From: an uncultured bacterium
GTDB lineage: Bacteria; Bacillota_I; Bacilli_A; RFN20; CAG-826
Direction of reading: 5' to 3'
DNA: 64,000 nt
Assembly (NCBI GenBank): GCA_949285325.1
Contig: CASDYZ010000007.1
Coordinates: forward strand, 82,657 to 146,656
Positions within the stretch are counted from its first letter, which is position 1. Each line of letters opens with the position of its first letter. A model generated the notes under the pieces. The model searched no databases. It was not told the DNA's origin and saw only the letters and a list, made by a program, of their open reading frames with translations. Both the position numbers and the translations under genes were made by a program. Below are positions 21,407 to 31,802 of the stretch, piece after piece.

Positions 21407-23878
21407 ATGGCTAAAAAAATAATTAATAATTCTTCAAATGTTGAAAGATTTAATCCAAGTGTTGAAGATGGATTAAATGATGAACAAATTAAAATAAGAC
21501 AAGAACAAAAACTAACCAACAAAACAAAGATGGTGGTGGGGAAATCTTATCTAGAGATTATCCTTACTGACGTCTTTAGTTTTTTTAATATCCTCTTATT
21601 TATCATCGCAGGTTTAATGATTTATGGTGAATATTACACCGGATTATTTTTCCTAGCTATATTGATACCAAATATTTTAATAGGTCTATTTCAAGATTTA
21701 AGAGCTAGATATTTAATGGGCAAATTAAGGCTTTTAACTGAACCACGTTCACAAGTGATAAGAGATAGTAAAAAAATAGAGATATCATCAAAAGATGTCG
21801 TTCTTGATGAAATAATATTTATTGAAACTAGTTCACAAATTGTCGTTGACGGAATAGTGTTAGAAGGATCTTTAATGGTCAATGAATCACTAGTTACAGG
21901 AGAGAGTAACAACATCTATAAACAAAAAGGTGACAAAGTCCTTTCAGGCTCATATGTCACTAGTGGTAGAGCTTATATAAAAGCTGATAAAGTCGGTAGC
22001 GAAAGTTACGTTGAAACTATTCAAAATAAAGCAAATAAATTCCGCCGCTCAGCATCAGAAATACTTAAGACACTTAGACAACTATTTAAAGTAATCGGTA
22101 GTATAGTCATTGTTATGGGCGCGGCGATGGTGGCGCTATATTACGCACAAGGCTCATTTTCTACCACCTCAGGATTTAAAGAATCAATTGGCCCAATATC
22201 AGGTTCGCTCGTTGGAATGATACCTTCAGGACTATATTTATTAACTTCTGTCGCACTCGCAGTCGGAGTTATATCTTTATCGAGAAAAAAGACACTAGTG
22301 CAAGATTTTTATTCTTTAGAAATGCTAGCGAGAACTAATGTGCTATGTGTCGATAAAACTGGCACCATAACTGATGGCGACATGATGGTCAATAAAATTA
22401 TCTCACTTCAAAAAATTGGATTAGAAGATATTAAACAAACTATATCTAATATCCTCCATGCGACACAAGATAACAACACCACCGCGAAAGCACTTAAAAA
22501 AGAATTTAATTATGACCTTACTTTAAATATTGATGAGGCTCTCCCATTTAGTTCAGACCTTAAATATTCAGGGGCGACCTTTAAAGCTAAAGGCTCATAT
22601 TTTATAGGAGCAGCAGAATATTTAAATCTTTCAAATTTTGAACAAATAAAGCCAGTTTTAAACGAATATGCAAAAAAAGGATATAGAGTTATGGTTCTTG
22701 CCCACTCTCCTTTACCAATTAAAAATCATCAAGCACAAGGTGCACTAGAAGGACTTGCCATCATTATATTAAGCGACCATATTAGGCCGAGCGCAATCAA
22801 AACTTTTAAATGGTTTTTTGACAACAACGTATCTATTAGAGTCATATCAGGAGATGACGCGCAGACGGTGAGTGAAATAGCAAAACTCGCTGGTATACAA
22901 GGTAGTGAAAAATACATTTCTTTAGATGATAAAACAGATGAAGAAATAAAAGAACTAGCTAATAAATATATCGTTTTTGGTCGAGTTAAACCTGAACAGA
23001 AACAAATACTTATTGAAGCGATACATAATGACGGTAATACTGTCGCGATGACAGGTGATGGTGTCAATGACATATTAGCACTTAAAAAAGCTGATTGCTC
23101 TATCGCGATGGCGAGTGGCTCAGAAGCCGCGCGTAATGTATCACACCTAGTCTTACTCGATTCTAATTTTGATCGATTACCTTCGGTAGTGGCAGAAGGA
23201 AGAAGAGTGGTAAACAATTTACAAAGAACTAGTTCACTGTTCTTATGTAAGACGTTGTTCGCCATGACGATTTCACTAGTGTTTATCATCGCTTCTTTGA
23301 TTATGCAAGATCCTAATATTAGATATCCATTCTTTACTAATCACCTATATTTATGGGAAATATTTGGTATAGGATTATCAGCCTTCTTCATCGCACTTGA
23401 ACCGAGTAGCGAGAGAATTAAAGATAAATTCTTAACCAATATTTTAAAGAAAGCATTACCAGGTGGACTACTTATCATCTTATCAGTTTTGATGGTTTTC
23501 CTCCTTTATATCCTCCAATTAAATGGGGTGGCATACCTTGGTATATTCAACATGGATCAAGTTGTCGGTATGTCGACAATTATCATGTCGATTCTATGTA
23601 TGGTCATATTGTTTAAAATATGTTTACCATTCACTAAATATCGTCTCATCGTCTTTTTATTCGCGCTTATTATCGACGTCGGCGCATTAGTGGTGTTTGG
23701 CTTAATTTATCATAATTCAACTGATAGTAATATTTTAGGCATCGCGTATAATCAACTTTCACCTCTCAATTACTTTACTGTCGCTTTAATTATTATTGCT
23801 TTTGGTGCGATTTATCTATTAATAACTTATTTATTAGATGTTCTTAAAGCCAAAAAAGAAGAAGGTAATAAAAAATGA
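21407..23878 (+). CDS. Cation-transporting P-type ATPase (P2/P3-like, specificity unknown)
   Basis: Phosphorylation motif DKTGTIT, the hinge motif GDGVNDILALKKAD, about 10 TM helices and a TGES actuator motif (TGESN). Confidence 0.85.
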   Translation: MAKKIINNSSNVERFNPSVEDGLNDEQIKIRQEQKLTNKTKMVVGKSYLEIILTDVFSFFNILLFIIAGLMIYGEYYTGLFFLAILIPNILIGLFQDLRARYLMGKLRLLTEPRSQVIRDSKKIEISSKDVVLDEIIFIETSSQIVVDGIVLEGSLMVNESLVTGESNNIYKQKGDKVLSGSYVTSGRAYIKADKVGSESYVETIQNKANKFRRSASEILKTLRQLFKVIGSIVIVMGAAMVALYYAQGSFSTTSGFKESIGPISGSLVGMIPSGLYLLTSVALAVGVISLSRKKTLVQDFYSLEMLARTNVLCVDKTGTITDGDMMVNKIISLQKIGLEDIKQTISNILHATQDNNTTAKALKKEFNYDLTLNIDEALPFSSDLKYSGATFKAKGSYFIGAAEYLNLSNFEQIKPVLNEYAKKGYRVMVLAHSPLPIKNHQAQGALEGLAIIILSDHIRPSAIKTFKWFFDNNVSIRVISGDDAQTVSEIAKLAGIQGSEKYISLDDKTDEEIKELANKYIVFGRVKPEQKQILIEAIHNDGNTVAMTGDGVNDILALKKADCSIAMASGSEAARNVSHLVLLDSNFDRLPSVVAEGRRVVNNLQRTSSLFLCKTLFAMTISLVFIIASLIMQDPNIRYPFFTNHLYLWEIFGIGLSAFFIALEPSSERIKDKFLTNILKKALPGGLLIILSVLMVFLLYILQLNGVAYLGIFNMDQVVGMSTIIMSILCMVILFKICLPFTKYRLIVFLFALIIDVGALVVFGLIYHNSTDSNILGIAYNQLSPLNYFTVALIIIAFGAIYLLITYLLDVLKAKKEEGNKK

Positions 23879-24780
23879 TTTATATAAGTGAAGAAATTAA
23901 AAAAGCACTGAAAGAAAATAAGCCAGTTGTTGCACTTGAAAGTACGATTATTTCACATGGTATGCCTTATCCTAAAAATGTTGAAACCGCTTTAAAAGTA
24001 GAAGAAGTTATTAAAGAGCAGGGTGCAGTTGCCGCTACTATAGGGATAATAGACGGTGTGGCGGTAATTGGTATGAGTAAAGAACAAATTGAACAATTTG
24101 GACAAAAACAAGGTATCGTAAAAACATCAAGGAGAGATTTACCTATCGTATACGCTGATAAGCTTTGGGGTGCGACCACTGTCAGCGCGACGATGATACT
24201 TGCTCATCAAGCAGGTATCGAAGTGTTCGTCACTGGCGGTATAGGTGGAGTGCATAAAGGTGCAACAAAAACCATGGATATATCTGCTGATTTAATTGAA
24301 TTATCTAAAACAAATGTCAGCGTCGTATGTGCAGGCGCAAAAGCGATACTAGATTTACCACTTACTCTCGAATATTTAGAGACGATGGGTGTACCAGTGC
24401 TAGGATATAAAACAGATGAACTACCTTGTTTTTATAGTAAGAGCAGTGGACTCAAGGTCGATTATAGAGTCGATAGCCCTAGTCAAATTGCTAAAATAAT
24501 CCACGAGAAAAGAATCAATAATTTGAGTGGCGGTATATTAATTACTAACCCAATTCCAGATGAGTATAGTATTGACCATAAAATTATTGATAAAATAATT
24601 GAAGAAGCACTTCAAGAGATGGAAGAGAAAAACATTAAAGGTAAAGAATGTACCCCTTTCTTACTCAAACGTATAACTGAGTTAAGTGGAGGTAAATCGC
24701 TTGAAGCAAATATCGCTTTAGTGTTAAATAATGCGAGGCTAGGAGCAAACATTGCAAAGGAACTTACAAAATTAAAATGA
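23875..24780 (+). CDS. psuG: Pseudouridine-5'-phosphate glycosidase
   Basis: Indigoidine-synthase-A-like fold signature (VALESTIISHGMPYP, ATIGIIDG) over 301 aa. Confidence 0.85.
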   Translation: MIYISEEIKKALKENKPVVALESTIISHGMPYPKNVETALKVEEVIKEQGAVAATIGIIDGVAVIGMSKEQIEQFGQKQGIVKTSRRDLPIVYADKLWGATTVSATMILAHQAGIEVFVTGGIGGVHKGATKTMDISADLIELSKTNVSVVCAGAKAILDLPLTLEYLETMGVPVLGYKTDELPCFYSKSSGLKVDYRVDSPSQIAKIIHEKRINNLSGGILITNPIPDEYSIDHKIIDKIIEEALQEMEEKNIKGKECTPFLLKRITELSGGKSLEANIALVLNNARLGANIAKELTKLK

Positions 24781-25328
24781 AGACGGAAAGACGATTTGCG
24801 GAAATACTTAAAACAATGATGTCTGAACAACCTTTAGACACTATTTCAGTGAGCCTTCTAGCAAAGAAGTGCCAAGTAAATCGTCAAACATTCTACTATC
24901 ATTTTCACGATATATATGACCTTTTAATGGTAGTGTTTTTAAATGAAAAAATTGATGGTGTTGATAAATGTTTAAATTTAAAAGATTTATTGACCTCTAT
25001 TTATAATTATTATGTGTCTAATAAGATGTTTATCGATGCGACACTTGAATCTGCCGGTAAAGATTTATTTTCTGAATTTATATTTAATAACTGCTATCAA
25101 TGTTTTATGCGATTAATTCAAATTTATCCTGACAGTAAAAATTTAACATCGAATGAAAGAAAATCTATATGTCGTTTTTATGCTTATGGGGTATCTAATG
25201 CCTTAATTAATTATTTTGCTACTCATAAAAATAAAAATCTAAGAGATATGGAAAATTTATTTATTTTCTTAAATGAAAGATTTTTAAAGAAAGCAGCCAT
25301 TAGAACATTAGAAATAAAGAAAAGATAA
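24777..25328 (+). CDS. TetR/AcrR family transcriptional regulator (DhaS-like C-terminal domain)
   Basis: N-terminal HTH, then the QTFYYHFHDIYDLL motif typical of the TetR_C DhaS-like subfamily. Confidence 0.7.
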   Translation: MKTERRFAEILKTMMSEQPLDTISVSLLAKKCQVNRQTFYYHFHDIYDLLMVVFLNEKIDGVDKCLNLKDLLTSIYNYYVSNKMFIDATLESAGKDLFSEFIFNNCYQCFMRLIQIYPDSKNLTSNERKSICRFYAYGVSNALINYFATHKNKNLRDMENLFIFLNERFLKKAAIRTLEIKKR

Positions 25329-25447
25329 AACAATTGTTAAAAAAATAAAAAATGATAGAATAAATGAAGTTTATTATATCTTTCTACCAGATTATTTAGT
25401 ACACGAACGCTGACTATGAGTCAGGTTAAAGAAAGGAAAACAAAGTT

Positions 25448-26617
25448 ATGAAAAAAGAAGATGTATTAGGGATAATTGTATATTTGTTAATACTCGCAGT
25501 AGCGATTGTCTTTGGTATAACTGTCCTTCAAACACATGGACCAAATTCAGGGATGAACACCGCAGAATATGTCGGTTTTGTCTTTTTAGCGATCGTCATA
25601 GGTGTCATATTTAATGCCTCCCTTTATGAACTCGCCCACATCACCGGGGCAAAAGCAGGCCGTTATGATATTGTAAGTGTCAATATCTTAGGCTTTTGTT
25701 TTTATAAAAATGAGCAAGGCAAATTTAAGTTTAAATTTTCAAACTTTGACGGACTTACTGGCGAGACAAAAATTGTTCCTAAAACCAATGTAAAAAAAGA
25801 ACCAAATCCAAGCCCTTATTTACTATTCGGCACACTATTTTTCGCCATCGAAATCATCGCATTCGTCGTCATTTTTGTCTTGGCAAGATTAAATGCAGAA
25901 AATTTAGTGTTCTTAAATACTGGTTATTTTTTTATCATCATCGGTGTGTTAGGTGGAGTTATATTGATATATAACATCCTCCCATTTAGATTAGATTCCA
26001 CAACTGATGGATATCGATTAACCCTTATTTCTAATCCAAAGAACAAAATTGCCTTCAATGAACTTTTAAGAGTTGAAAACGAAATAGCAAATGGTAGGGA
26101 AGTAGAAATCAAAACATTTGATGAAATCACTAACTTTACCGCCGACTTAAATTTAAATAAAGTTTATTCTCTTTTAGATAAAAAACAATTTAGTGAAGCA
26201 GAAGTATTATTAAATCAAATAATAGACAATAAAGAAAATGTCTCTGAAAAAGTATATATACGTGCAAGAGCGCAGAAAATATATATCAACATCATGACAA
26301 AATCATTTGACGATGCGAAAGCATATTATGAAAAAGATGTCAGTCAAGAAGAGAGAAGAAAAATATCAAAAGATATCTCGATGGCGTCCATTCGTGCGTA
26401 TCTATTAATGTCTGGATTATTTGATCGTTCTCGTTCTGAAAGTATTATCGCTTTAAATAATGTTTACAAAGCATATAAAGCCACTCCTGAAAAAAGAAAA
26501 GGTATAGAAGTAGAATTATTTAATGAAGCGTTAAATAGAGTGGTGGAAGCTCATCCAGACTGGGAATTAGAAAATTATAAACTGGTAACTAAGCAAGATA
26601 ATAAAGACAAAAAATAA
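25448..26617 (+). CDS. Hypothetical polytopic membrane protein with a C-terminal helical (TPR-like) domain
   Basis: At least four hydrophobic helices in the N-terminal half. No catalytic motif recognised; YELAH is not an HExxH. Confidence 0.45.
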   Translation: MKKEDVLGIIVYLLILAVAIVFGITVLQTHGPNSGMNTAEYVGFVFLAIVIGVIFNASLYELAHITGAKAGRYDIVSVNILGFCFYKNEQGKFKFKFSNFDGLTGETKIVPKTNVKKEPNPSPYLLFGTLFFAIEIIAFVVIFVLARLNAENLVFLNTGYFFIIIGVLGGVILIYNILPFRLDSTTDGYRLTLISNPKNKIAFNELLRVENEIANGREVEIKTFDEITNFTADLNLNKVYSLLDKKQFSEAEVLLNQIIDNKENVSEKVYIRARAQKIYINIMTKSFDDAKAYYEKDVSQEERRKISKDISMASIRAYLLMSGLFDRSRSESIIALNNVYKAYKATPEKRKGIEVELFNEALNRVVEAHPDWELENYKLVTKQDNKDKK

Positions 26618-26625
26618 AATAAAAT

Positions 26626-26658
26626 ATCCATCAACCTTAATCGGAAGATGGATTTTTA
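26626..26658 (+). terminator. Rho-independent terminator
   Basis: ATCCATC..(loop)..GATGGAT stem followed by TTTTT. Confidence 0.6.
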
Positions 26659-26770
26659 ATATTTGTTAAATGAACTAAAATACATTACTTTAAATTAAAG
26701 CATGATTAAAGGGGATGTTAATAAGTCGCCCACATATATTTTATTTAATGAGATTATATTGATAAAAAAG

Positions 26771-26814
26771 TATAAATAATAAAAATCCCAACTCTTTAAG
26801 AACGGAAGGGATTT
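26771..26814 (-). terminator. Rho-independent terminator for the minus-strand nuclease gene
   Basis: AAATCCC / GGGATTT stem. On the minus strand it is followed by a T-rich tract. Confidence 0.55.
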
Positions 26815-26852
26815 CTATTTTAATTTTGATTAAATAATGGATTTTTAAAGAC

Positions 26853-29183
26853 TTATTTATCTAAATGTTTTTCTTTTTTAACATAGGTCGTGATGGCGCT
26901 TACCCCCACGAACAATATTAAGATAGGAGATAAGACTGCGATTAATAATTTAGAGTCTTCATTAAATTTAAATAGATTAGATGGTCTTTGCCCGATGTTG
27001 ATAAAATCTTCAAGTGTCACATATTTATTGACGATAAATGTGTATCTAGTTCTCGCATCTAAAATAGTGGGTTCATCACTTGTTAAAAATAATTGTTTAC
27101 TATCTTCTACCATTGCTTCATATTCAATTTTTAATTTATTCCACACATATTCATCTTGGATTATTAGTTGATTACAGTTTTCTTGTGTCATAGTTAGAAA
27201 GTATGAAGCATACGCCTTAGCTTGCATATCGCTCGTCGTTAAGAGTATAGAGTCGACGCGGTAAGTATCTAATACATCAAATGTATCTATTGGATAAGAA
27301 ACCCATTCTGTAAATGTGAAAGTGTCTGATTTACCTTTTACATCTAAATCTTTTATTCTCACTAATGTCATATCTTTCGCACTTGCTTGGGTGCCATTCG
27401 CGTCTATACCAGTGTAGTCACTTGGTGTTTCTCCAGTTGGATCAAATCCAAATTGGTCAATCTTCTCTTCCCCTTTATATAGCATAATCGTGTCATTACC
27501 ATTAAAATTAACGACATTGTTAGTTGTGTCTACTAGTGATTTTAATGCGTCGCCACTAGAACTATGTGCGATAGAATAAGTGCTGTTATGTGGTAGAATT
27601 CCTTCTAATTCAAATGTTGAGGAAGGCTCTACTTTACCATTGAAATAAGAACGTAAAGAATAGGATGATAAGTCAATATCATTTCCAGTGCCGTTAAATA
27701 TTTCTATCGCCTTATTATTTAAACTACCTTCAATATAAGTGGAGATAATTAAATCGTCTAAGTAAGCGACTTCGTTATTATTAATATATTCACTCGAACC
27801 AACATTGGTGACATTTATAACAAAACTAGTAGATAAACCTTCATAACTAACAGTGACAATTTGTTCACCTAACTTATGAGTATCAACATTAGAAAAGGAA
27901 GCAGAAGAAGTAACTTCTTCTATATTTTCACCATTTAAATCAGTGACAAATACATCGATACTAGATGTATCAAAAGTTGAACCAAAAGGAATAGTGGACT
28001 CATAACTACCTTCAATAGTTAGTGTTTCTTCTGGTGGATAAGAATTGATTGGGTCATTACTCACATCCGCGTTTCCCGCATCACCCCAAATGACATCAAC
28101 CCAACAAGGGAAGTCGATAAATGGGTTTCTATTATTTTGATAATTGTTATAAATTAAATTATTTCTATGTATTTCAAATTCATCGACTGGATCTAACTTA
28201 TGCCATTCTAATAAAGTGGATAAAACACCATAACCGACCGCGTGAGTGTCGCTTGAATATTCTGTCCCTTCTCCACTTGTCGGCGTGACATAATCAACTA
28301 GTTCAAGGAATGGTTCAAAATCAGATATAGCACCAGTCTCGCCCGCTAAATTGTTGTATCTAGCTACCATATAAAAGCACGCGCGTGCAATATCGCCTTT
28401 ATCTATATCTTGTGGCTCAAACACTATAGTATCTTGGTTGAGTGTAGATTCGTGCATTGGTGTACCCCTGTCATTATCACTAATATTAGTTCTACTAGGA
28501 GTCCAATTAGATTCTTTGACATATCCATATGCATAATTGTTATGGCCTTGCTGATTGACGTTCGCATCGCCTGGTAATAAGTGATGTAAATCAGTGCCAG
28601 CCGGACCTTCAGCCCCTGAGTCTGCTTTAAACCCTCTCGATTGAGGCCAAATATGCTCTCTATTGATTACACTTCCTCTTCCGTCGTCCGTAACAACTAA
28701 ATCCGTCGCCGTGTCGTTATCATTTCGATATAAGATTTTTAAAATCGCATCGCTCGATTCAACGACAGTGCTATTCCTATCATAATCATACTTATAACCT
28801 GTGATTGTGTTAGTGGAGGCATTATATGTACCAGAAATCATATCCTCGGCAGGCGCGCGATCCCAGTTTCTATCAGTTATCTCATACGCCTTCCAAACAT
28901 CGTCATAACTAATATAAGTAAAATTATTAGATAAAATAGGTTTTAAATTTTTTAATAAGTTTTCTCCTTTTAATTCATCGTCACTCAAACTTAAAAGAGG
29001 AGAATAATATTCTCTAATTTCTTCGTCTGTCGCGTCGTTTAAGTCGATAGTCGCAGGTAGACTTATTTCTCTACCTAACGCCTTAACTTCTACTTCTATG
29101 TTTTTTGGTATAGATATTAAAACCAAACTACTTATAGTAAGTGCGGACAAAAACCAAACACTACCAAATTTAATCTTTTTCAT
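26853..29183 (-). CDS. Surface-anchored extracellular nuclease, Endonuclease I (EndA/NucM) family domain, with C-terminal TM anchor
   Basis: N-terminal signal sequence. Endonuclease I catalytic signature REHIWPQSRG...DLHHLLPGDANVNQQG...ARACFYMVARY. A C-terminal hydrophobic helix follows large beta-rich extensions. Confidence 0.7.
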   Translation of the reverse strand: MKKIKFGSVWFLSALTISSLVLISIPKNIEVEVKALGREISLPATIDLNDATDEEIREYYSPLLSLSDDELKGENLLKNLKPILSNNFTYISYDDVWKAYEITDRNWDRAPAEDMISGTYNASTNTITGYKYDYDRNSTVVESSDAILKILYRNDNDTATDLVVTDDGRGSVINREHIWPQSRGFKADSGAEGPAGTDLHHLLPGDANVNQQGHNNYAYGYVKESNWTPSRTNISDNDRGTPMHESTLNQDTIVFEPQDIDKGDIARACFYMVARYNNLAGETGAISDFEPFLELVDYVTPTSGEGTEYSSDTHAVGYGVLSTLLEWHKLDPVDEFEIHRNNLIYNNYQNNRNPFIDFPCWVDVIWGDAGNADVSNDPINSYPPEETLTIEGSYESTIPFGSTFDTSSIDVFVTDLNGENIEEVTSSASFSNVDTHKLGEQIVTVSYEGLSTSFVINVTNVGSSEYINNNEVAYLDDLIISTYIEGSLNNKAIEIFNGTGNDIDLSSYSLRSYFNGKVEPSSTFELEGILPHNSTYSIAHSSSGDALKSLVDTTNNVVNFNGNDTIMLYKGEEKIDQFGFDPTGETPSDYTGIDANGTQASAKDMTLVRIKDLDVKGKSDTFTFTEWVSYPIDTFDVLDTYRVDSILLTTSDMQAKAYASYFLTMTQENCNQLIIQDEYVWNKLKIEYEAMVEDSKQLFLTSDEPTILDARTRYTFIVNKYVTLEDFINIGQRPSNLFKFNEDSKLLIAVLSPILILFVGVSAITTYVKKEKHLDK

Positions 29184-29184
29184 A

Positions 29185-31785
29185 CTAGTTTACCTTTCTC
29201 TTTTTAATTATGACTAATATAGACAATAACGTTATAGACGATATGGCAATAATTATTAATAAATAATTGATAGAATTATCAAACAAATTAATATCGTTAC
29301 TATTTTTAATGACTAACTCACCATTTAAGTATTCGATTGTTTTACCTTGGTTAATACACCACGCGTTAAGTCTTTCTCGCGCGGTTTTTATCACGTAGTC
29401 ATTAGATGTCATAAATATATTTTTCTCATCATTTGATAGATTATTTAAATAGTCTAAAGCGACATCTAATTTAGTTAAACACTGATTAGTGGTGTCTTCA
29501 TACATGATGTAATTACTTATATTTAAAGCGTTATCTTTACCTTCTATGGTTATATTTATACTTATAACATTTGAATAACTAGAAGAAGATGATGTATAGG
29601 CGTGTTTAAAATATTTATATCCACCTTGTGCAAGTGTCGATTGAGTACATTCTACCCAAACAATACCGTCTTTACTGACATAATTTGTATAATCTGTTCT
29701 AGTTGAACTAGTTCTTAAACTAACTTCAAAAGAAACAATATCCCCTTCATAAGGATTAACATTTTGGATATATCCTTCATCCTTACCAAAAGATAAATAT
29801 TGATTACTATAAATGTATGCATTTTGTACATAGTATGTACCGCCACCGATGGTGACATTACCAGTCGTCCTATTAGAACTAGATATTGATATATTAGTGT
29901 TGGTAAACGTGATATCAATTTCCTCATTTTGTGGTTGAACATATGCTTTTCTCGACACTGGTACATCGATAGAAGTAGTAAATTCATCATAAGTAATATC
30001 AAACTGTTTATAACTAACTACATCTCCGCCTTGAGTGTCTTCATATTTAAATTGATATTGATCATTTTCTAATACAAAATCAGTGATGATGTTACCTAAA
30101 TTATCTTTAACAGTTATATCATCTTTACTAATTACATCACCAACATAGAAATCCTTACTAATAGAGGCGTTAATCGACGTTATTTCTAAAGGAGTAGACT
30201 TATAATTAATCGTTATCGAATTTAAATTAATTGTCCCGCTTTTAGATTTAAAACCTAGATATTTATAATCTCCTTCTATATCTAAATGCGTTTCGTTTGT
30301 AGAAGATAACTCCCCTAAAAGTGTGCCCGTTGTAGAAGCGCTATATAAATTAGACGGAGAAGTATAAGCAGTATTACTGCCATATATTTGGATAGTGTCA
30401 CCACTTTCTTTCCAACTGACATCAACACTTTCTATTAAATTTGAATTACTTGTTATAATAATACCTGAATTATCACTTGATTTAATTTGTATGTCGTTAT
30501 TACCAGTATAAGATATACCTTTAAATGTTACCTTTGACTCAGTAGTGGTGTATTCCCATTCTTCATATCCGCTTCCTGTTATTTGATTTTTAAAATCAGA
30601 ACATTCTAAAGTGTCGCTTGTTATAGAAACACTTGTTTTAGGATTGACAACTATGTTGACACTGTCAGTGACACTGCTATCTAGCGTGGATACCACACTT
30701 ATGGTGGCGTTCCCCTCGCTCAAAGCATTAATATCCCCATTATTATTAACTGAGACAACATTAGGATTAGAACTACTCCAACTCACACTTTTCGACGCAT
30801 TAGATGGAGTGGTGGTAATTGATAAAGAATAAGTATCCCCAACTTCTAGATTTAAAGAAGGAGGATTTATTTGTATGTCTGTAGGAACAATATCTTCCCC
30901 ACCTATTGGTCCATCATACCAGTCTGACTCACCCCAAATTTGAGTGACATATTCTGGATGGTCGATATATGGATTTCTATTATTTTGTATCTCATATACA
31001 TTGTCATTTCTATTTAATTCCCAATCACTTACTGGATCTTGCAAATGCCATTTAACAAACAAATTAATAGAATAATCAGTCAAATAAAATCCATTTTGTG
31101 AAGTAGTAAAAATATATGACCCATCAGCTTGAGTAAAAGGCCAATTACCTCTATTTACCCATTTAGTTACCGCGTAAAAATATACTCTAGCTAAATCACC
31201 TTTCCATTCATCCGCTGGTTCGAATACTGTACTAGGTCCACTAGAATAGTAAGATGAACCTAATTTTGAATAACCATTATTTGATTCATAAGTAGAGTTT
31301 TCTACTTCTCCATATGGATAATTGCTTCTACTTTGATTAACTACGCTGTCGGTTGGATAGACGATAAATAAATCTGCCCCTTGGTTAGATTCACTACCGC
31401 CCCACCACGACTTAGGGATAGTGTGCTCTCTATTATAAGTATCGCCCTCGACTGAATGGCTACCCTTGTCTTGGTCAGTACCTGGAGTATAGTGAGTAGT
31501 GTTAGAATACATATCAACTATATATCCATTTTCATCGACATCGGTAGTTTTATAAGAATCCCAAAGATCGCTATAAGTGCCAATATCTGCCCCGTTATTT
31601 ATAATGGTGGATAACGAGTTAAATAAACTAGACGCACTAGTGTCATCCACTGATGAATAATAACTATCGACATTTGTCGCGTTTTTGACATTATTTATTA
31701 CGTTTGTATCTTGCTTAACATTTAAAAAAGTAAGAACTGACAAAGATAATAATGTCAATATTAATACACGTGACTTATTCTTCAT
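29185..31785 (-). CDS. Surface extracellular nuclease, Endonuclease I family domain plus Big_2 (Ig-like) domain, C-terminal TM anchor
   Basis: NREHTIPKSWWGG...GADLFIVYPTDSVVNQSRSNYPYGEV...LARVYFY Endonuclease I motifs. Big_2 signature GDTYSLSITTTPSNASKSVSWSSSNPNVVSVNNNGDINALSEGNATISV. C-terminal hydrophobic anchor. Confidence 0.7.
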   Translation of the reverse strand: MKNKSRVLILTLLSLSVLTFLNVKQDTNVINNVKNATNVDSYYSSVDDTSASSLFNSLSTIINNGADIGTYSDLWDSYKTTDVDENGYIVDMYSNTTHYTPGTDQDKGSHSVEGDTYNREHTIPKSWWGGSESNQGADLFIVYPTDSVVNQSRSNYPYGEVENSTYESNNGYSKLGSSYYSSGPSTVFEPADEWKGDLARVYFYAVTKWVNRGNWPFTQADGSYIFTTSQNGFYLTDYSINLFVKWHLQDPVSDWELNRNDNVYEIQNNRNPYIDHPEYVTQIWGESDWYDGPIGGEDIVPTDIQINPPSLNLEVGDTYSLSITTTPSNASKSVSWSSSNPNVVSVNNNGDINALSEGNATISVVSTLDSSVTDSVNIVVNPKTSVSITSDTLECSDFKNQITGSGYEEWEYTTTESKVTFKGISYTGNNDIQIKSSDNSGIIITSNSNLIESVDVSWKESGDTIQIYGSNTAYTSPSNLYSASTTGTLLGELSSTNETHLDIEGDYKYLGFKSKSGTINLNSITINYKSTPLEITSINASISKDFYVGDVISKDDITVKDNLGNIITDFVLENDQYQFKYEDTQGGDVVSYKQFDITYDEFTTSIDVPVSRKAYVQPQNEEIDITFTNTNISISSSNRTTGNVTIGGGTYYVQNAYIYSNQYLSFGKDEGYIQNVNPYEGDIVSFEVSLRTSSTRTDYTNYVSKDGIVWVECTQSTLAQGGYKYFKHAYTSSSSSYSNVISINITIEGKDNALNISNYIMYEDTTNQCLTKLDVALDYLNNLSNDEKNIFMTSNDYVIKTARERLNAWCINQGKTIEYLNGELVIKNSNDINLFDNSINYLLIIIAISSITLLSILVIIKKRKVN

Positions 31786-31802
31786 ATTTTAATTTCCTTA
31801 AA

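Noticed and set aside
25405-25427. Short palindrome CTGACT-ATG-AGTCAG before the membrane-protein gene, considered as a terminator or riboswitch
   Set aside because: No T-tract follows and the stem is only 6 bp. It is insufficient to call a terminator or regulatory RNA.
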